Source of the DNA: Tubulanus polymorphus
Lineage: Eukaryota; Animalia; Nemertea
Length of the DNA: 64,000 nt
NCBI RefSeq assembly: GCF_964204645.1
Contig: NC_134035.1
Location: 13,114,451 to 13,178,450, forward strand
Reading direction: 5' to 3'
Part shown: positions 34,735 to 64,000 of the stretch, one piece after another
Layout: each line of letters begins with the position of its first letter
How positions within the stretch are numbered: the stretch's first letter is position 1
The notes under the pieces: generated by a model
What the model was told of the DNA's origin: nothing
Database searches by the model: none
The model's input: the letters and a program-made list of their open reading frames with translations, nothing else
Program-made: the position numbers and the translations under genes

Positions 34735-35151
34735 AGTTGAACATTTTTCGAATAACTGACTTCAGCATCCTGTTCCACAGTTCTCGGGTTGGTTGTAAAT
34801 AATTAATTTAGAATTAGTTAATTTTACCGTCAAATCTAAACCAACTACTGTGGAACTGAGTCCTTTGAATGTGTTTTTGATTCTCTAAATTTACAATTCA
34901 TCCTGAGAACTCAAAGAGAATACTTTACTAAATCGAATGATTCAATGTTAGACTTATTAGAAGTATTTTATATCATTAGAATGTATTTATTTTCACTAAT
35001 TTATTATAAACTCGATTGAGTTTAGTTTATTCAACCACGCATTTGTTTTTTGTTTTTTTTCGTTCTGACAGATGCTGAATTTTCCCACTGAAATATAAGT
35101 TCATATTCTAATCCAGCTATATTTTCTAGGTGTTTGGTCTTTCTGTGGTGA
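34735..35151 (+). repeat. About 410-bp direct repeat, copy 1 (copy 2 at 37750-38146)
   Basis: Colinear, with long identical blocks such as TCGAATGATTCAATGTTAGACTTATTAGAAGTATTTTATATCATTAGAATG; both copies end at GGTCTTTCTGTGGTGA. Confidence 0.9.
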
Positions 35152-36642
35152 AAGTACTGGCCACATATTTTCACTTATAATATTCTTACCGTAAAATTGC
35201 GTTATGTTTTCCTGGAAAAAATCATTGTATCAATTATACAATTATCATGGCCTAGTGTACATGTGATTTATGTAGTAAACTTTGAAGCCTACTCCGACAT
35301 GTCAGGCTGCGACTAGAATTTGAAAAACTGAATCATTTTCTGGCGTCTTTTTCTTGAATTCGGCTCGTATCGAATTGTTTTCTCAATAAATGAATACGAC
35401 TGATATTGTGTCTTTTATTCTTCTTAAATCAAAATTTCCATACATCGAAATATTATGTTACATTATGTATTTGAGTTACATTGTATTATGTATTTGAGTT
35501 ACATTGTATTATGTATACGACTTACATTGTATTTTGTATTCGAGTTACATTGTATTATGTATTTGAATTACATTGTTTTATGTATTTGAGTCTACTGTAT
35601 TAAGAAAAGAAATGTATTTTTCTATGTCTGGCGAGTTGAATATTCGTTCATGCGTGAAGAGAATGTGATGACAAGAAAATATGATAATAAAAATTACATC
35701 CATTTCATTATTTCTGCGGCTTGTTGTGAATCTTGAGTTTCTGCGGGGATTTTCCCGGAACAGTTTCACACATGACTCAGTGTTTACCTCGGAGTCGATT
35801 GCCTACGATTATCACAAGCTCCGGACAATAACGTTCTCCAATTTATATCGTGATAACGCGATCCATCCCTGCTCCAACTGTACCGGAATTCACATCTCTC
35901 TCGGGGACTTGTATTGATTGGTCTCGCGAGAGAGTTCTGAGTGATTTAAACCGACTAGTTGGTAATGCCAGAAAATCACAGGACCTCCTCACTCTTATAG
36001 GCGGTGGCCATTCCGGCCAGAATCAACCTTGTACGTTGAATTGATAAAACGCAAAAGTCTATCGTCAAAACGTATTACTGTTTTGATACGAATTCTCTGC
36101 TTTTGTCCATTTTTAAAAGATTTGTAAATAATAAAATGATGATAAAACTGGCGCCGGAATCTGTTGTTTCGTTATATACCAACATCGCCGCACATATCAT
36201 AATCATCTGGGCCCGGTTTCATAGACTGAGTATCAAAGTTATCCCTAGGGGTAAAACGTCAATTTGGGTGACAACCACCACAATAACAATGAGAAACCAT
36301 GGTTGTAACTGACAAATTTCAAAATGTTCCCTGGGACTATTTTTCTTCCACATCTATGAAACCCAGCCCTGAACTTTAACTTCTAGCTGCTATTGTGATA
36401 ACTGATTCGTTCAAAATTTACAAATTTAGAGAATTTCCGGAAAAGAAAATCACAATACGACACAATGCTAGAATTACTCGCATCGTGTGCATGTACGTAT
36501 CATTTGTGGTAAAAGCCTAACAATAATTTGATTTACATACCAGCATAGTCTATAGAACTCAGGATGATCAATTCCACGGTGAATTCAACGTCATACACCG
36601 ACATACGTTTGGCGTAGAACTGAATCCCGTAACTTATTCAGG

Positions 36643-37578
36643 ATGGTAACTTCAAGTTTAACATCACATGCCCACAGATGGGTTATGGCAGGACTTATTT
36701 TGCCTCCTCTTCTTATAGTGGGGGTCGTTTTAAACACGATTGTCATAATCGTATTTGTCAAAATGAAAACTAAAAACCGCTGCATCTATCTACTGAAATG
36801 TCTCGCCGTCGCTGATAACATGTTTTTAATAACGAAATTCATTCAGGACCCGGTGCGCTATTATGTTCACTACGCTTCGTACGGTGATATGATCAAATAT
36901 TTCAATGCAACTTGGGTCTTCCCTCACATATACATATGGATGACTATGTTTAACAACGGATTTCAAATGTTTCGTAACTATTTAACTGTAATTATTCAGT
37001 GCGAAAGATTATTTACGATGATTTTCATCTTCAAGTTTCAACGCAATATCATCCTCAATTTTATCGTTGTCTTCGCATGTATATTTTCAGTGGCAATGTG
37101 TTCCTACTACCCAATCACTATGCGGGTTATATTTCAACAACGATCCAGACTCGGTCCTCACTACAGAGCGTACTACTCACGTGACAGTATTTTTCGAATC
37201 ATGAACCGTTACGTGGACCCAATCTTCCGAATCGTGATACCGAATATAGTAGTTTTCGTAGCGAATATGGCACTAATTATTGTTTTACGAGTTAAAGCAA
37301 AAAAACGTAAATTTCTATCAGCGACTAGTAAACCACAATCAGAAAAACAGGGCGCGTCGAAAGCGACGAAAATGGTACTTACAATGAGTATCATATTCAC
37401 GATTTTGGAATTTCCCGGTTTACTCGGTAAAATGGGAAGATTCTTTCTTTTCCAACAGAAAATGAACACTATTTATCTTCTAACATCGGTGATTAATTCG
37501 TGCTTGAATCTAATTATTTATCTAATTGTGAATAAACAATTCAGAAAAACGATTTTTCAACTGTTGAAATTCAGGTAA
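36643..37578 (+). CDS. Intronless class A GPCR, peptide-receptor-like, related to the 9747-10718 receptor
   Basis: LAVAD, RNYLTVIIQCER, ILEFPG, NSCLNLIIYLIVNKQFRK; same motif set as the first receptor. Confidence 0.85.
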   Translation: MVTSSLTSHAHRWVMAGLILPPLLIVGVVLNTIVIIVFVKMKTKNRCIYLLKCLAVADNMFLITKFIQDPVRYYVHYASYGDMIKYFNATWVFPHIYIWMTMFNNGFQMFRNYLTVIIQCERLFTMIFIFKFQRNIILNFIVVFACIFSVAMCSYYPITMRVIFQQRSRLGPHYRAYYSRDSIFRIMNRYVDPIFRIVIPNIVVFVANMALIIVLRVKAKKRKFLSATSKPQSEKQGASKATKMVLTMSIIFTILEFPGLLGKMGRFFLFQQKMNTIYLLTSVINSCLNLIIYLIVNKQFRKTIFQLLKFR

Positions 37579-39712
37579 TAACTCACAGTGCCAGTAAACA
37601 CATCTCTTCTATCTTTCATCAAAAAGGGGCTTACCTAATTTCATCGTCCTGTTTATCTGACCCTGTTCCACAGACAACTGTTGTGGCTTGGACTGATTCT
37701 AACCTGAATCGCAACTGGGCCCTGAAATGTGACAGTTATCTGGACTCTCTTGAACATTTTTTTTAGTAACTGACTTAAGCACCCAGTTCCACAATCCTCG
37801 GGTTAGTTATATAATGAATTTATAATTAGTCGCTTTACCATCAAATCTAAACCAACCACTGAGGAACTCCAGAATGTGTTTTAGATTATCTAAACCTTCA
37901 ATTTATCCTCAGAACTCAAGGGGATATTTAATGCATTCGAATGATTCAATGTTAGACTTATTAGAAGTATTTTATATCATTAGAATGTATTTATTTTCAT
38001 TAATTTATTATAAACTCGCTTGAGTTTAGTTTATTCAACCACGCATTTGTTTTTTCGTTCTAACAAATAATGAATTTTCCCACTAAAATATAAGTTCATA
38101 TTCTAATCCAGCTATATTTTCTAGGTGTTTGGTCTTTCTGTGGTGATTCATTTTATATATATTTCAACAGAATTTCTTCGCTGTAATTCTTGATTTTCTA
38201 AATTTAGTTTTCACCGCCGAGTGAAATATCTATCAGCTACTGTGAGACCGGTAAAAGTAATCTGATTTCAATGAAAATGTGTCCAATGAAATTACATCAG
38301 GCCTACTGCTTATTACACTCAATTTATCAGTGAAAGTAGAATCACCAGACTCACAATAGCAGTTTACATTTAGTCAGGAGGTTTCTGCAGAATTCAATAG
38401 GATGAAATGGTTTTGTCGCCGAATGTAATTGTGTTAACTTTGTGAAAGCAGTACTGTCGTGTATGACTCGTGGCTATTGAGGTGTGAACAATGGCAATGC
38501 CCAACGCAGACGACGCGGGAAAACACGGAAACAGGAAACAGAAACATGTTTACGAGTGTTTCCCAGTGTCCTGTGCGTTTACGAGTTGGTCTTTGTTACA
38601 GCTCCATACATATTCTTTTCTAGTTTTTGCTCCACTTGATTTCTAGTTCTTGATTTCTTAATGATTATACAATCAAGTTGGAATCCGGACTTTTTTTACA
38701 CATAACATTTCATTTTTTCAATACAAAAATACACGTTTTTGCGTTATTTCTGTTGTTACTTAATTGCTTCGGTGCGGTATTGGAGCACGGTGTGCCAAAG
38801 CAAAGTCGGTTTTCTAAATTTCAACTTATTTTTACAACATGCCAAATTTTTGTATCTGAAGCCAATTTTTTTTATCTTCGAGAAGCGTTCGCGTGCTTTC
38901 TCCTGTTCACACTTCTGCCATCTATCGGAATACGCTGACATAACGTGTTGCATTTTCGTTGGTTGCTATATGATAGTTGACGTTTCTAAGAGGGGTAATT
39001 CAACTGCTACAGCATGATTTCTGCCCGTGTAGACAGTTAACAGCTTGCTCGTTATTGTAAAAATGGCATAAGGGGCGGATACAGGGGGGGGGGGGGTCAC
39101 TAGTGGCCAGTAAAATCCACATCTTATTTTTCCGAATAAAGATGATATTTCTGAAAGAGATCTCTTCCTTACATTTCCTTGTACGATATGAACTCGGACT
39201 CGTTTAGCTAATGATTGATAAGGTATGTTCACTAATATCGTCGAGTTACCTTCGGTTCATCCAGTAAATAATATGCCGACCCCAGTTCCGAGGAACCCCT
39301 GCACACCATCAGTAGGTACCCGGTACCACAAACAGTATTGTTATATCCCTGGTCCCACCTGTTCTGAAACTCAGCACACCTGGCTCATCAAACTATCGGG
39401 TGCTACTCTTCACCAAGCCACGAATGTTTAGTTCATTATTTACAGCCGTGGAGAGAATTATGTTGTTTTTTTGTTGTAACGATTCGCACGAGTGAACATT
39501 CCACATACACAAAACATCTAGTTATATTCCTCGCTTATTCCTAACAAGATGCTCTATGATGGCCCTCAGAGCCGGAGCTACGAGTCAGAAGATAAATTTC
39601 AGTGAAATAACTAGAAAAATAGTATTTAAATCTACCAATTATCCGACATCGTAGTTGATAAAATTGGGCTCAGAAGAATCGATGGGTAATAAAAAAGAAA
39701 AAATGAATGTTT

Positions 39713-39794
39713 CGCTGCGAGTAGGGTTCGAACCTACGCGGGAAGATCCCATTAGATTTCAAGTCTAACGCCTTAACCACTCGGCCATCGCAGC
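39713..39794 (-). tRNA. tRNA-Ser (anticodon UGA)
   Basis: GCTGCGATGGCCGAGTGGTTAAGGCG-TTAGA-CT-TGA-AA-TCTAA, long variable arm, GTAGGTTCGAACCCTAC-TCGCAGC-G. Full cloverleaf with a downstream oligo-T Pol III terminator. Confidence 0.96.
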
Positions 39795-40982
39795 TGCTAT
39801 ACATTGTCTGCGTCACAGTATGCTTTAACCCAGAGCGCTATTGGCGCGCGCTATGCATATTGTATAGTGATGCGTGTAACCCAACTACATTACACGACCA
39901 TTACTCTTGTCATTTCCCAGAATTTCAAATACTTAACGGTTTTTAATATTTCTGCTATACGTTAGAATTATACGTGAGTTTGCTTGCGCTCCTCTAGGCG
40001 TCGGTTAAAGCAGATTTACTTGAGTTGAAACCCGAGAGGTGTCCAAATCACAGGATTCAGCTTATTCAAAATCAATTCAATTTCTCAATTAATTCCGTTT
40101 TGGTTAAATCGATTTAGGAATTAATCCTACTTAGGATCAGTCCTTCTCAAAATATCTTCCACTGGAAACGCTAATTTTCACGAAGCATTTCCACGAAATT
40201 TTTTCACCAATCAACATTGATAAAAAAAAAGAAACGAGCTTGTTTTTCTGTTTTGCAGAATAATTCCGTTTTTCATGTGATTCAACCAATCACAATACGA
40301 TATAATTTACAATACTTATCAAATAATGAACAATCATTTCTTTTTATATCTGATGTATTTTTGAGAGCATCGTCGCCTATTTGCTGATATTGCAAAAAGG
40401 AACCGACAGGTCTCCTTGCTAGGCCTTCGTTTCGTCCGTGACGATGAAGATGATGATGTATATCGGCAGCAGTTCAAGTAAACTCCATCATCCAACGTCA
40501 GATTTAAAACGAGATCCAGGTTTTTTTTCTAGTTATCGGAAAATTTCAAAATGTTCGATCATTTCATAGGGCATGTGTGCCAGCGCGTCTCAATGGCGCA
40601 TTGAAAAATCCTCCCAGCTCTGATGGATCCGCCGGACCATAAACTCTCTATCGGCCGCTTCTATCAGGTAGATCATGCTATTCCCGGAATTGACAGAAAA
40701 GCGTGTATGCTATACTCGCGCCAGAATCCGAAATCGATAGAGACCAATCGAAACCCAAAAACTCCCGGCGAACTTTAGCGCGGCGCCACAGTCGCGCGCG
40801 TTAACGACATTAAAACTAGTTGTTCAACCGCACTTCAGTCAGTCACGTTCAACACTCACAGTTATCAAAAACACCGAGAAAGAAAGAGATCGAGATAGAG
40901 ATAATCTTACGGATTAAAGGATTATCTCGTGGATTAAATATATATTATTACTTATAGAAATATTCGTCAAGTGCCCGCACGC

Positions 40983-41020
<38 letters not shown>

Positions 41021-41926
41021 GTGTACTTAACGGATTAACGACGATATCCATTGGATTAAAGAATAAACTCTAAGAGGTTCATATACTTCACACATTAGTT
41101 TATTACCAGTAATATCACACTGAAGAGGCACTTGATTTATCATCTATTTTCATAACGCGGTAAGCACAACTAAAATCTTATCCGAGTTCAGTCAATGAAA
41201 TATCTCAATCCAACTTGATTGAAAAGAGAGCAAACTGTTTTTAAATATGTTATATGAAGAATGTTTCTTGATTTTCTTGAATAATTCGATAGAGACAATG
41301 GAAATTGCATTGATATTCTCCTAAGATTTTTGTGTGATTTACAAATAAGATCCCGCGACTTAAAAAGATTCGAGCAATAAGATGAGTCTTTGAAATTCAA
41401 CTTGGCAAAATTGAATATATCTCGACTGTAAGAAATTTGTCGAAATGTCGCATTTCATATTTTTGATCTACTTTATTTTTGAATTAACCGACATTAAAAT
41501 CATAAAGCTATATATTTTTCAATTATGCTAAAGGTGATTCAGCAATCAACACAATGATAACATTTTAAGTTGATCTCAAAGTTGAAGTTTATGCGCAATT
41601 ATTTCACCATTAAGCGATAATGATGCAAGAAAAAAATTAATAAAAAAACGACGCTTTTTTGCTGAAATAATTCTACAATCTTTCATTTCCTGTGTAGGGA
41701 CTAATTTTGTTTTTTTTTTGCTCCGAATAATTAATCGCGTTTTGCAATGCTTTATTTTTACAGATGCCGAGTCTACGGCGAACGGGCCGCAAGCCTTGAT
41801 ATCAACATCAACGAAAGTTTCAAGTATCGTCATATATTAAACGAACTTAATTTGCACTTGTAAAAACTGCTGCGAAAGATTTTCTCGTTCCGTGTCTGAG
41901 GAATTTAAACAAGAAGGATTAATCAC

Positions 41927-63824
<21,898 letters not shown>

Positions 63825-64000
63825 GTCAGTCCCGCTGTAGATTACGTGCCTATAACTTCAGTGTGCACCAACATTTAGGTAGACCCGGAAGGGAGTCCCA
63901 TACTCCCATGGGGGAGTAGTATCTATCTATCTATTGGACCACTGAGGGCTCAGAAAGTTTTAAGATACACTCTTGTTTCTGATTGAAGATATCGAAGCCG

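Overview
AT-rich, intron-containing animal DNA, probably from an invertebrate (inferred from gene content; the species cannot be identified from the sequence). Exons were assembled by hand from GT-AG junctions and reading-frame phase. Genes in order: a RING-H2 E3 ligase (-), head-to-head with GATD1/PDDC1 (+); an intronless peptide-type GPCR (-); a secreted thyroglobulin type-1 domain precursor (+), tail-to-tail with an acidic orphan gene (-); nucleobindin (+), with an aminergic-like GPCR nested antisense in one intron; a second peptide-type GPCR (+); tRNA-Ser(UGA); and the 5' part of a discoidin (F5/8C)x2 plus fucolectin-like gene. Introns hold MITEs, a tRNA-derived SINE and satellites. Main observations: (1) minimal hammerhead ribozymes of the Penelope/retrozyme type, including a 170-nt repeat monomer and ten 69-nt hammerhead units in tandem on the sense strand of an intron; (2) nucleobindin has two clusters of duplicated alternative exons (2 and 3 copies), one matching the nesfatin-1 active core, plus a His-rich heptad tail; (3) both peptide-type GPCRs have a glycosylatable N-terminus in an upstream frame that needs a +1 shift to reach the 7TM frame; (4) two inverted MITE-derived satellites enclose the signal-peptide exon of the discoidin gene.
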